From NCBI RefSeq assembly GCF_006345805.1, contig NC_042999.1, forward strand, positions 68,138,001-68,202,000: a stretch of DNA of 64,000 bases. Reading direction: 5' to 3'. Source of the DNA: Octopus sinensis. Its lineage: Eukaryota. Both the position numbers and the translations under genes were made by a program. The notes below the pieces were generated by a model that was not told the origin of the DNA, did not search any database, and worked only from the letters and a program-made list of their open reading frames with translations. Below are positions 37,085 through 49,994 of this stretch, piece by piece; the stretch's first letter is position 1, and each line of letters opens with the position of its first letter.

Positions 37085-37360
37085 TCACTGGTAATCTGTC
37101 GTTACCAGCGTCGCCTTACTGGCACGTGAACAAAACATTTGAGCGAGGTCATTGCCAGTGCCGCCTGACTGGCCCCGTGCTGGTGACACGTAAAAGCACC
37201 CACTACACTCTCGGAGTGGTTGGCGTTATGAAGGGCATCCAGCCGTAGAAACTCTGCCAGATCAGATTGGCGCCTGGTGCAGCCATCTGGTTCGCCAGTC
37301 CTCAGTCAAATCATCCAACCCATGCTAGCATGGAAAGCAGATGTTAAATGATGATGATGA
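37085..37360 (+). mobile_element. RTE 3' tail fragment
   Basis: aaaagcacccactacactctcggagtggttggcgtta...gcatggaaagcagatgttaaat(gat)n. Confidence 0.85.
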
Positions 37361-37574
37361 GGAGGAGGTTTTGTCTAGTTTTTCTCAACCACTTTTGCAT
37401 CTCTGGAACCTCTTTGATTCCTATTTCACTCAGACAGATCCTCCTAGCCATTCAATGTTTAAAAAATCCTATTATATTTTTATAGTTGAATATCATTAGG
37501 AAATGGCAACAACAACAGCAATAACAAAAATAACAATAACAATAATAACAATAACAAGAAACAACATTGAAAAG

Positions 37575-37705
37575 TACCTTAGGAATGAGAACCCAGGTTT
37601 GAAACTTCTCCAAGACACCTGATGAAGGCTGGAGGGTATATCAGCCGAAACGTGTTAACAACAAACAAGATGAGGACAAATATCTGTCAAATGTAAATAA
37701 TGTAA
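37575..37705 (+). mobile_element. Penelope-type terminal fragment with hammerhead-like core (family F)
   Basis: 37615-37656 acac-ctgatga-a-ggctg-(10 nt)-cagcc-gaaac-gtgtt. Confidence 0.55.
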
Positions 37706-37717
37706 ATAATGTCCTGA

Positions 37718-37838
37718 GGCTAGTGTATTGCTGTGCAAGGTGACTATTTCAAAGGAGATGGTGTTAAAACTTAGGTAAATGAATGATTATTTTTTTAATT
37801 AAATGTACCTAGTCCTGGAACTTTTTGGTAGCACCTCA
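37718..37838 (+). mobile_element. Mariner 3' end with TIR
   Basis: CIAVQGDYFKGD..* then gtcctggaactttttggtagcacctca|TA; homologous to 47360-47425. Confidence 0.75.
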
Positions 37839-38616
37839 TAGAGGAATATCATCATCATCATCATCATATAAATGAGTTTGTTTTTTGTTGCCAGTCTTCT
37901 GCAAACATCATGTTTAGGTATGGGAAATATTACTTTGGAAACAGATAAGGGTTGGAGACAGGTGATGGTGATGACGATGACAATGGTGATGATGACAACA
38001 ATGGTGGTGGTAGTGGTGATGATGATGACCAACGATGATGGTGGTGATGGTGGGGAAGTTGGTGATGATGGTGACGATTATGATGATGATGGTGACAATT
38101 ATGATGATGATGATGATATCTGAAGAAAAAAAACCAGTTCTACAAAATCTTTTATCAGAATTATACTTGATCAGTGCTGATTCAAGACAATGGAACAAGG
38201 GTATATTTGTAGTTGTATTTTTTTTTATGCAAATTATTAAAAAAAATTTTCTAGGACAGAACTTTATAATTCCACAGCACATATACACACAAGTGAAAAA
38301 AAAGAATTTTTTTTCTCATTTGAAATTGCAATACAAAGAAAGAACAGAAAAATATCCAGATTAAGAGCCTCTCTGGTTAATTAATTAATTTTGGTGCTAA
38401 AATCAGTTTAAAGAGAGTACTGAATAACCGTTCAGTTAACCATGCGTTATAATAACATCATTGGTTTTCATAATGATTACTAATTAATATGTCATTAAAT
38501 TCATTAATTTAATTAAAGTTAATCAGATCTTTTTATAATTCTAGCTTGGACGAAACTAAACTTTTTTTTCTGAAGATTGAATTCTCAATTCATTTAAAGT
38601 CTACACCTGCATGTGT

Positions 38617-38653
<37 letters not shown>

Positions 38654-39199
38654 ATGTGCATGTGTGAGTGTGTGTGTGTGTATGTGTAAAAGAGTATGGG
38701 GAAATGCAAAGTATAGATATCACAGAATTGTGTTCAGATGAATGAAAACCCAGAATCTAACTCCTTTATCCAGGACAAGTAACTCTGGCATTGAAAATTG
38801 ACTATAAGAATTAACTTTGTTGAGCTGTTATGGAGAAAGAAAGGCAGATAAACAGAAGTAGTTTTAATGTGTGTGTTTACATGAAATAAACATACAGAAT
38901 AAGGAGGAAAGTATATGAAAGGAGTTGTGCAATAGTATTACATCGACAGATGTTTCAAGAGCACATGGCTTATGCTATAACCAAATTCATAATAAACTCC
39001 TGTAAATTTGTAAGGCAAAGCTAAGTCACCTTCACCAGAAGGAAAATAGTAAAGGCATATTTCATAGCAGAGTTTACAAGCATAGAAATTTATAGAGAGT
39101 GGGGTAGTAAGGAAAGTATTTGAGGGAAGAGATAGAATGGTTACATAGCTGGCACAATTAGGGAGAAGTTAATAGACTTAAAATATCAGTAGACATAAA

Positions 39200-40200
39200 C
39201 CAGAGAAAGGATAGATAAAATCTATTGTGACAGCATTAAAGTTGTTGGGTGGTCTGCCAGACAATACAGAATAAGAGAGGCATAAGTAGAAAACATTAGT
39301 AGGACAATAAGCAGGTTTTAAAGAAAGATGGATACAAGTCAGTAGAGTTGTGCAGGGAAAGTAGGCATGTTAGTGGTGAGGGAGGTAGATTGTTTTGTGG
39401 TGCTGTTTGAGAAAGAGCTCAATTATATAATGTAGTAACACTTAAAATCTATCATACTTCCAATGTAGACCCTGGCAGGGTGTATGTGTTGAGTTGTAAT
39501 TATACATTTATACACAACATTGTAGTGCAAGCAATTGCCATTCAATGGACACAATTTGGGAACACTGAAATTGCAAGTTTTCTTATGGAGAGTAAAATGT
39601 AGTCTCATCATGGTCAGTACTATTATTACTTTCATAGATGGAAACAGGGGTGCTAATGTTACTTTTACCAGGATGGGAAGGGTTAGCTCATTTAAGATGA
39701 AGGAAATCATATTTATAACTATTGCAGATAGGTGGACCTAAATTATTACAGAGGGTATAGATTATAATTAATCCAGTGTTTATGGCTACTTACATTTCTA
39801 GGACTGACACTGCATTATAATATTCACAGTATTACAGGTATTGTTGAATAATATAGCAATGGTGGTAGTATGTGTAACATTTGGGTGCTGATTTGTAGCA
39901 CCCCTCGAGATATCAGAACAAGGGGAATTGTGGTTTGTATTCACAATACAGTATTCACTGGTGTTAATGTTGCTATTGCAAGGGGTATTGGTGGTGTCTG
40001 ACTCATTCTTAAAACTATGGATGAATTTGGTGTTACTACTAACATGGTTATAGTGGACACCTGGTTGAGGTTTCTTGAGACTCGTCAGTAAGTGAAACAG
40101 TGATAATACATCACTGGTTTGGAGTAGTGGAATATGAAATTTTAATGAAATTTAATGAAGGATTTATTAAAGATGGTGTAGTACTTTAGCTGGTCTGGAA
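39200..40200 (-). pseudogene. Decayed Penelope-like element, GIY-YIG endonuclease region
   Basis: KKTCNFSVPKLCPLNGNCLHYNVVYKCIIT...ARVYIGSMIDFK (ORF 39423-39710) matches the CxC..CPLxGxCL..VVY..YIG pattern of PLE endonucleases; outer limits approximate. Confidence 0.75.
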
Positions 40201-40277
40201 GTTGGAGTTGAACATTTTAAAGAAGAGTTTCAGAACAAATTTAATTTGAAGGGAGAACATGTATATGTATATGTATG

Positions 40278-40309
<32 letters not shown>

Positions 40310-41062
40310 TGTATGTATGTATGTATGTATGTATGCATGGATGCATGTATGTACACACGTATGTATTTGAAGAATTAGAAGAAAGTCTCCAAAGACACAC
40401 TCAACATGGAAACCAAATAATGAAATTGGGCATGTTTTGCACATTATTTTATCTTTCCTCATGAGGGGTGCCAACATTCATGGGGCATTGAAAATTTACA
40501 ATAATCCAAAAGGACAGCATTGCCTTACATTGACTTAAAACTGGCCCTTCCTAAGAGGGAATTAACTAAATTCTCTGCATCAAGTACAATGAGCTCTTAG
40601 AAGACAGAGTTTTAATATAAACCATGTTAAGAATCTGCCAACAGCTGAGGGATTATGTAGCAGAGAATATGGAGCCTATCCCAGCTCTAAATTCTCTCCG
40701 GTGCATAATAAGGCAGTTCTAAGGGAGCCCAGTTTGTAGAAGTAATTGGAGAGAAGTGGGGTCAGAAATAGAGAAGCACCTAAGTTTCTCAATCCTGTAT
40801 AGGTTATTCTTATTCCATTTGCTTATATATATATATAATGTGTGTGAGTGTATGTATTTGCATGTGTGCATGCATAGGGGCATGTGTATATCTGTGTTTT
40901 CAATTAGAATTACATAAAAAGAAAATTTCTAGTTAGTTTATGTTCCACAAAACATTTAAAATAAAATTGTTTGTTCAAATATTTCAATTTCACATTTACA
41001 TTGACTTTTCTAAAGTTTACAACACGTATATATTTATATATGTGTGTATGAATATATATATG

Positions 41063-41094
<32 letters not shown>

Positions 41095-41111
41095 AACATA
41101 TACATATATGC

Positions 41112-41176
<65 letters not shown>

Positions 41177-43001
41177 ACATATATGTATATATACATATAT
41201 ATATGTATATACATATATATATGTATATATGTATATACATATATATATATACATACATATTTAAGCATATACATATCTGTATATATATATACATACACAT
41301 ATATATAATATATATATATATATTATATATATATTTACACACACAAAATACATATATAAACACAATATAAATATATATGTTATGGCGTTAGGAAGGGCAT
41401 CCAGCTGTAGAAACTCTGCCAGATCAAGACTGGAGCCTGGTGCAGCCATCTGGTTCGTCAGCCCTCAGTCAAACCGTACAACACATGCTAGCATGGAAAG
41501 CGGACGTTAAACGATGATGATTATATATATATGTATGTATGTATGTATGTATACATACATACATACATGTGTATATATATATATATATGTGTATATATAT
41601 ATTATATATAATATATACACACACACACACATGCATAAATTCAGAACACGTATATACAAACACATGCATGCAAATGCATACACAAATTAATAAATACACA
41701 CACACATATACTTCAATGCATAAATAAAAATAGTTATTTCTCATGTTTTTCATCATATTACCAGACAAAAGTTTTAAATTGGATTTTTGCTTGCCTGGAT
41801 TGAAATCAAACATGATTACATATAATAAATCAATAGCTGTCGATTATCATCATCCTCACCCTCATCATCCTCCTCCTCTTCATCATCATCATCATCATCA
41901 GTTCAGTAGTCTTATTCCTTTCATCTGTCACCCTTTTGGCAATAAATGAAATTTCTTCTTCTCAACATCATTATTGCTGTTGTTTTGAAAAATAGAATCA
42001 CTATTATTGTTTTTGCTTTTGTTGTTACTACTACTACTACTACTAATACTACTACTACTACAACTATTGCTGCTGCTACTGTTGCTTTTATTATTGTTGT
42101 GTACTGAAGTGTGCAGATAACTTAAAGATAGCTCAGTAAAAACTTGGGTTTTTAACATGATTTATTTAATGAAAGAAAGAGTTTTTTTTTTCTTTCCATT
42201 CCATTTTGTAAACACAAGATTTTGAAATATTTGGATGTCTTCCCCATTATATCAAATAGACAACACATTGCAAGATGGTTGTCTCAGAAGTAGTAAGTCA
42301 AGGTACCTATCACATTCACCCCTAATATTTCAAGTACATACTAAGCTTTTAATCAAACACAGAGAATATTTAGATAATTGTACATGCACAGTAATCATGA
42401 AATATTTATTTAATGAAAAAATACTGAGTAATCTTGGGGAATAAAAGTAATGCCTTGATTTGAAGCAGCTCAAAGAAATAGAAAGATGATTGACAAGATA
42501 TGTTACAAATGATATTGCCTCATTACCTGATCGGTTTTGTTGAGAAAGAGTGAAGGCAAAGTTAATCTATCTCTGTTTTTCAAATGGAGTGGATTTATAT
42601 ATGGTCTCAAAGAATGTTCAATATATGAGATGATGTGTGATTCTTCAACCTAGGTAAGGAAAATGGTAGTGCATGCCTGGTATTTCAGAGGGAGGGTAGG
42701 TTGAGGCAACTGACAGAGGTGGTGTACTATACATCTGTCCACAAGGTAGACCCACAATACATGAGAAGATGAAAAATAAGGGTTTTAGGGATTTGTAGCA
42801 CAATAGAGGCAGGCGGTGAGCATAGATGTCATACACATGAGATTGGGTGGGGTCTGCATGAACTTGAAGTTATTGGCAGTGGCCCAGCAACAAAATTTGC
42901 TAAGGAGGTGCAAACCCAGGTCCTAATTTTTTTAATAAAAAATGTGGATTTTTCCAATGTTAACATTAAAACAAATGCAGGTATAATAATTTTTATTATT
43001 A

Positions 43002-43460
43002 TGAGGGTCGGCCGAAATGTTCATAATCTGAGCAAGACACTCTCAATGGAATGTGGTCAAATGAAGTTCATTTTTTAACATAGTTCCTCTAACTGTCCAC
43101 ACACTTCCATTAGTAGTTGCAGTGCTTGAGTCGCACTGGTGAAGAAGCTTTTCTGTTGATCAAAATGGTCATCAACAAAAGATAAGATGTTCTCATCATA
43201 GTGATACTGGTGCTCAGCTGAGTGTTTTTCTATGTTGGGAAACATGATAACCAGAAGGAACCAAATCTCTAACATAGGGAAGATGATCAACCAGTTCAAA
43301 GCCAGTCACATACAGCAGCCATTGAAACCAAGGACTTGTGTGCTGAAGCATTGTCCTAATGAAACAAGACCCCATTCATCAGTTTTTCGGGGTGTTTGGT
43401 CTTGATAGCCTTTCATAACTGCCTTAGGAAGTTGGTATTGAAATTTTGAAGATAGCCAAT
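43002..43460 (-). mobile_element. Mariner 3' fragment with TIR
   Basis: TA|tgagggtcggccgaaatg; minus strand GVLFH*DNASAHKS...HLPYVRDLVPSGY.FPNIEKH. Confidence 0.8.
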
Positions 43461-43658
43461 AAACACTATTTTTTGCATTAATGCATAGTATATATAATAA
43501 TGTGAAGTATATTTTGCATATTAAAATGTTTAATTTTGGAAATGTATCAAGCAGAGCTAAAATAAGCAGTAAAAATACAAATTGCAAGTATTTCAAAATG
43601 TGGGGCACTACATGACAAAAACTAACATAAAAAGGAAGAAAATAGTGGTGTTTGTGTT

Positions 43659-43902
43659 CCAAATTTCCAGGAAGTTAGGATATCTTCGAAACTTTGCAGG
43701 AAGTTTCCGACCAAATTTCAAGGAAGTTAGAAAATCCTCGGAACTATCCAGGAAGTTTCCGACCAAAATTCCCGGAAGTTAGAAAATCCTCGGACATTTC
43801 CAGGACGTTTTCTACCAAAGTTCCCGGAAGTTAGAAAATCCTCGGAACTTTCCAAGATGTTTTCGACCAAATTTCCTGGAAGTTAGAAAATCATCGGAAC
43901 TT
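43659..43902. repeat. 52-bp tandem array, ~4.7 units
   Basis: Unit starts 43659, 43711, 43763, 43815, 43867. Confidence 0.95.
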
Positions 43903-44233
43903 GCACCACCTGAAAATTCCAAGGGGTGCAGGTGCAGGAAACAGAAATAAAATCAATAAAACTACTGGTGAAGGGCAGAAAACTCTGTAACCTTTAAGGG
44001 AAGGAAGGAAGCCGAAAAGAAAGCAGGTAGAGCATACAACATGCTATACATCAGGTAGAGTTTCTAATTGCTTTGAACAAACTCATTGGTCTAGGAAGAT
44101 ATATTTTGCTCCTTATTTTACTTGATGAGGTGCAAGCACCTACAAAACATTAGAAATTATACTGTGTGGTGACCATAGTTGGGAGCAGTAGTCCAAGAGG
44201 CTGAGGACATACATCTTCCAAAGGACCATCATA

Positions 44234-45004
44234 GCATTCTAGCTCATTTCTGCTGTTTACAGTGGTGCTTGGAAGGAAGATGTGTAGCGTGTGATCATTG
44301 CATTGCATGACAGAGAAAGTTGAGCAGAGAATCTGCATCAAATTTTGCCAAAAGATTTGCCATACCTGCTCAGTGGCCTATGCAAAGTTTCCAAAAAGTT
44401 TTCATCATTCTTGACACAATCAAGGAGATCTTGTGCAACTGAAACCCGAGTGTCATTTTGGTCAGCTGAAAGCAGTTTTGACACAAACTTGGCAGATATG
44501 CGTCTCATACCCAAATCTTCAGTGATAATGGACTGAACTGAACCATAGCTAATCTGCGCATCCTTTGATGGTGATTCAATGATTCAACGGATGGTGATTC
44601 AATGATTTCCTCTCACAGCTACAAGTACATCTATGATGTTTTTCTCATTGCTGGTCTCCCAGAACGTTCGTCAATTTCAACATTTTTTTCAGCCATCTTG
44701 GAAACATTGGAACCACTCATACACTTGTGTGTGGCTCATACACTCTTTCCATGCACCTTCTGCAACATTGTATAGGCCTCTGAGCAGTTATCGCCATAAC
44801 AACTTCATGGTCAATACAAAGATCACATGCTACACACCTTCCTTCCAAGCACTGCTGTAGACAGCAGAAGTGAGCTACAATGTTAAAACTTAGTGTGCAT
44901 GCACAACAGAGTTCAGGTTCAATCTTTGCCAAGCACCATCACTTTATGTACTTTAGCTTCATTACTATGGCAACAGCCTGGATATTTATTGATCCGACCT
45001 CATA
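44234..45004. mobile_element. Two converging mariner 5' fragments forming a fold-back
   Basis: Plus piece MTEKVEQRICIKFC (44234-44381); minus piece from TIR tatgaggtcggatcaata (~45004) through the HTH to ENDENFLET (~44382). Confidence 0.8.
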
Positions 45005-45684
45005 TATATAGATATATATACTTATATATATTGATCAGACCTCATATATACATACATATATATATATATATATAATATAAATAATATATATATATATATA
45101 TGCATATATACATACATATATGTACATACCTACATCTATACATATGTATCTACGTATAGATGTAATATGTACATATACGTATGTATATATGCATATATAT
45201 ATATTATTATATTATATGTATATATATCTATATATATGTATGTATGCATGTAAAACAAATATTTGTTATTATAGGAGCAACTACATATAGTAAATACCAT
45301 CATCAGCAGCAGCAAGATTTGTGTTCCTTACTGGTGTGTGTGTGTGTGTGTGTAGTTCTCTCTGTGATAACATTCATGTTTTTGGAAACCATGGTATCAA
45401 ATGTTTTTTTTTCTTTAGTTTAGTAACAAATAAAATTGTGTCAACAACAAAAGGCTTCCACACAAGTTTAATGAATGAAAATTAAGATAACGAAAGATCA
45501 CTTGGGTGCACCCATGCAAATTGACTACCATTAAAGAAAACAAACCCATAGCCTTTTCACATCAAAACAAATTAGCCTCTAAGCCAACCACACATGTTTT
45601 TTGTGAATTTGTAGCATCATTCAAGATTATTATTTTATCTGAGACAGAACCAATGGCTTAACAATACTCGTGCCTCGCATACTG

Positions 45685-45890
45685 ATGAGATGGAAAAAAA
45701 TCTCTTATTAGTGTGGATGAAAGGGAAACAATTAGCTGGTGATTTAGAGAGTGAAGCATTTATTTGTGAAAAAGCTATGTCTCTTTTAGAATCAACATGA
45801 ATAAGATGCCTCTAGTAATTCTGCTGACAGTGATGAGGTGCCTGAAGGATTTAAATTTTACAAAGCTTGGTTTGGGTTTTTTGAAAAATA
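45685..45890 (+). pseudogene. Tigger/pogo transposase HTH fragment
   Basis: EMEKNLLLVWM...KQLAGDLESEAFICEKA-like translation. Confidence 0.7.
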
Positions 45891-46230
45891 AAAAATAAAT
45901 GGTTGTGTTTATCCCCACTTTAACATGGGTGTTCTCTAGGAGACGACAATATTACAATCTTAACCCCAGGAAGACATCTCCTTCAGCTGGTGTATTTGCT
46001 TATTTATACACAATAGAAATCAGGTAACTGGTCCTATGAGCCCTAGGTCTTGTAGGGTCAGTTACCTGACATCGCTGTGTTTACTTTGCAAGTTGTGACA
46101 TTTGTGTTTTTGGAATCACATTTATGCTGTAATCTGTGATTTTGTCACGGACAGGAACAAAGGTCCAATGTAAAATTTTGCATTAAATTTGGTGAGTCTG
46201 CTACAGAAACATTGAGCATGCTTCAGGATA

Positions 46231-46842
46231 GGTGCAGGAGTGGCTGTGTGGTAAGTAGCTTTCTTACCAACCACATGGTTCCGGGTTCAGTCCCACAGCG
46301 TGGTACCTTGGGAAAATGTCCTCTACTATAGCCTTGGGCTGACCAAAGCCTCGTGAGTGGATTTAGTAGACAGAAACTGAAAGAAGCCCATCATATATAT
46401 GAATGTATATATATATATAGTACAAAGTAAGATAGGGGTTATGGGTGTAAACCACTATGGGATATCAATTATCCTTAGCCATTGATTTATATAATATTTT
46501 GTGTGCTTTTGATGTTCTCATTTGTAAAATGAATAAATAATCTAACATTATAATATCCGTAAGTTGATGAACAAACTAAATTTGTTTTTCCATTTTCTTA
46601 TTTGTATTATATATGTATGTATGTATGTATGTGTGTGTATATGTTTGTGTGTCTGTGTTTGTCCCCCCAACGTCGCTTGAGAACCGATGCTAGTGTGTTT
46701 ATGTCCCCGTAACTTAGTGGCTCGGCAAAAGAGACCAATAGAATAAGTACTAGGCTTACAAAAAATAAGTCCTGGGGTCGATTTGCTCAACTAAAGGTGG
46801 TGCCCAGCAAATGACTGAAACAAGTCAAAGAGTAAAAGAGTA
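46231..46842 (+). mobile_element. SINE family A with ~190-bp extra sequence in its microsatellite core
   Basis: Head 46231-46395, tail 46610-46842. Confidence 0.85.
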
Positions 46843-47428
46843 AGCTTACAGTGATGAAGCAATAGGTCGTATGTAATGTTTCGTGTGGCATGAGCACATC
46901 AAAAGCAGAACTTCCCTGGAAGATGACGAGTGAACTGGAAGACCTGCCATGAGTGTCAACCCTGGAAATATATTATTGTACTTTGAGAATTCATCCCTCC
47001 TGGGGCCAGACTGTTAATCAAAAGTTCTACTGTGTTGTTCTGAGGCATTTGAAGGAGGATATTCGGTGAAAGAAGTGTGATGAACTGGATTCTTCATGAT
47101 GACAATGCACTCTATCACCAAGCTTTCGTCACTTGTGAGTTTCCCACCAAAAACATGATAGTATTGCTTCCACACCTGCCCTATTCACCAGATTTAGCAC
47201 CTGCAGACTTTCATCTCTCACCCAAGATGAAAATGCAGCTCAAAGGTTGCCATTTTAACACCATTGTCAAGATCCAGAGTGAATCGCAGTAGATCCTCGA
47301 CTTGCTTGCAGAAAACAACTTCCAGGCCAGACTCCAAAAGCAGCAGGAACGCAGGGACCGGTGCAAGATGACTATTTCGAGGGAGATGATGTTAAAACTT
47401 AGGTAGATAAGTGATTTCTTTTAACATA

Positions 47429-47589
47429 GGCGCAGGAGTGGCTGTGTGGTAAGTAGCTTGCTAACCACATGGTTCCGGGTTCAGTCCCACTGCATGGCAT
47501 CTTGGGCAAGTGTCTTCTGCTATAGCCTCGGGCCGACCAAAGCCTTGTGAGTGGATTTGGTAGACGGAAACTGAAAGAAGCCTGTCGTA

Positions 47590-47642
<53 letters not shown>

Positions 47643-47870
47643 GTGCGTATATATGTTTGTGTGTCTGTGTTTGTCCCTCTAGCATTACTTGACAACTGAT
47701 GCTGGTGTGTTTACGTCCCTGTCACTTAGCGGTTCGGCAAAAGAGACCGATAGAATAAGTACTGGGCTTACAAAGAATAAGTCCCGGGATCGATTTGCTC
47801 AACTAAAAGCGGTGCTCCAGCATGGCCGCAGTCAAATGACTGAAACAAGTAAAAGAGTAAAAGAGAGAGT
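47429..47870 (+). mobile_element. SINE family A, young full-length copy
   Basis: ggcgcaggagtggctgtgtggtaagtagc...gggttcagtccc head; ccttgggcaagtg-type CORE-like block; (TA)n core; gagtaaaagag tail. Confidence 0.9.
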
Positions 47871-48513
47871 AAGTCTGGGAACCTTTTGATACTATCTCCT
47901 ATAACAATTTTTACAAGTGTCAAGAGGTCATTATTGTCAGAATGCTGTGGGCCTCAAACTAGCAGGTGGATTTTACCCTCTTGTTTAGGTAAGCTACCCC
48001 AAGCATTTCTAAATATTTTTGATGGTTTTTTTAAAAATTAAATTCCAAAGTGATTGTATTGTTATGTGTTACATAATTATTTATTCTGAGTTTTCATTTC
48101 AAATCTCTTATAGATTTATTGTATAGCATCTTTATCCATTCTTCGCTCTTACATAACTGTCTTGCCCCCACCCAACCTCATTACTGTGTACATATTTTGT
48201 AACTCTTATGTATAACATTTAATTACCTTTATTATTATTGTTATTGTTGTTGTTGTTATTATTATTATTATAATTATCATCATCATCGTCACTATTATTA
48301 TTAGCATTATTATTACTGTTGTTGCTGCTAATGTTGTTATCATTATTATTGCTATTATTATTACCACTATTATTATTATTGTTATTATTATTATTATTGT
48401 TATTATTTAGGTACTTCCTATCTTCTCTTTATATTGAAATGAAGAATCTAGCTGTAATTTTTACCTTCTCTGAAATGAATTAAAAACATTAAACTAGGGA
48501 AAAAAAATTTCAA

Positions 48514-48601
<88 letters not shown>

Positions 48602-49413
48602 TTCTCTCTCTCTCCTTCCTCCCTTCTTTATCTCTATCTCCCACACACACACACAAACACACTCCAGCTTAACTCCAGCTCTTTCTCCTCTCTCTCTCTC
48701 TCTGTTTCTTACACTCTTTCTTTCACCCACCCAGCTACCCCTTCCACCAACACACTTCTCATTCAGCCTCCCCACCACCCACTATATCTACCAGTTCCAT
48801 TCTTTCAAAACAAGACATTTCTACTTCAATCACTTCATTTAAAATATCCCATCATGCAACTGTATGGGAATAAATGACTCTTTTGTATGCTTTCTTTCAT
48901 TTCACCTTCTTTCTTTCCTTCTTTCTTTCATTCTTTCTCTTTATTTGGTTGCTTGTCTTTATTATTATTATTATTGATATTATTATTATTATTATTATTA
49001 TTATCATTATTATTATTATTGTTTTACTTCTCAGAGCACTCAGTCTTGTTTGCTTATTATTATTGTTGTTGTGGTTATTATTATCGTCATTATTATTATT
49101 ATTATTATTATTATATTATTATTATTTTGCTTCTTTTCTTTTCTTAAGTCTCAGATATCTTCTCTAACCTTGCACTTCTATAACTTCTCAATGACTGGTA
49201 CACATACACTGGTACACACATGTGTGTATGTGTGTTTCAGTGTGTGTTTGTATGCGTGTGTGTGTATATTAGACATTATAAACACAGACAAGAGACAAAA
49301 TGTGTGTATGTATGTATGTATATATATATATATATATATAAACATATATACTGACATATATATGTACATACATACATATGTATATATAAACAAGCATATA
49401 CGCACACACACAC

Positions 49414-49472
<59 letters not shown>

Positions 49473-49603
49473 CATATCTATACACACACTCACATGTATG
49501 TATATGTATACAGACACACTCATATACACACATATATTTTGCAGTTTATAAGTAAGTTCCCATATTTTTGTACCTATATACATATGAATATATGTGAATA
49601 TAA

Positions 49604-49641
<38 letters not shown>

Positions 49642-49994
49642 ACACTAGTATATATGCACATAAACATGTACAGAAAGATAAATACACACACACATATGTA
49701 TATTTATATATTTATATATATATATTTGTGCACATATATGCATATATATATATATATATATGCATATATATGTGTGTGTGTTTGTATGTATGTATATATA
49801 GATATGCAAATATATGCATGTGTGTGTGTGTAAACTACTGCACAGGTAGATAATAGATGGACTGGTGGATGTCGTTATGTAGATAATATCAATAAATATA
49901 TATATCTCAAACCAAATATTACACATATAACATATATATGCACATTTTCATGTGTAAGTTTCTTTATTATAACAGTATATTATATATATATCAT

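Larger units (their letters stand above)
46100..47901 (+). mobile_element. Mariner (DD34D) remnant interrupted by two SINE A insertions
   Basis: EQRSNVKFCIKFGESATETLSMLQ | SINE | AYSDEA...SLEDDE.TGRP; HDDNA...PYSPDLAPADF with 34 residues between the Ds; degenerate TIR at 47872-47901. Confidence 0.85.

Noticed and set aside
43582-43782. 66-aa ORF overlapping the 52-bp array
   Set aside because: The unit length is not a multiple of 3 and the frame closes within the array.
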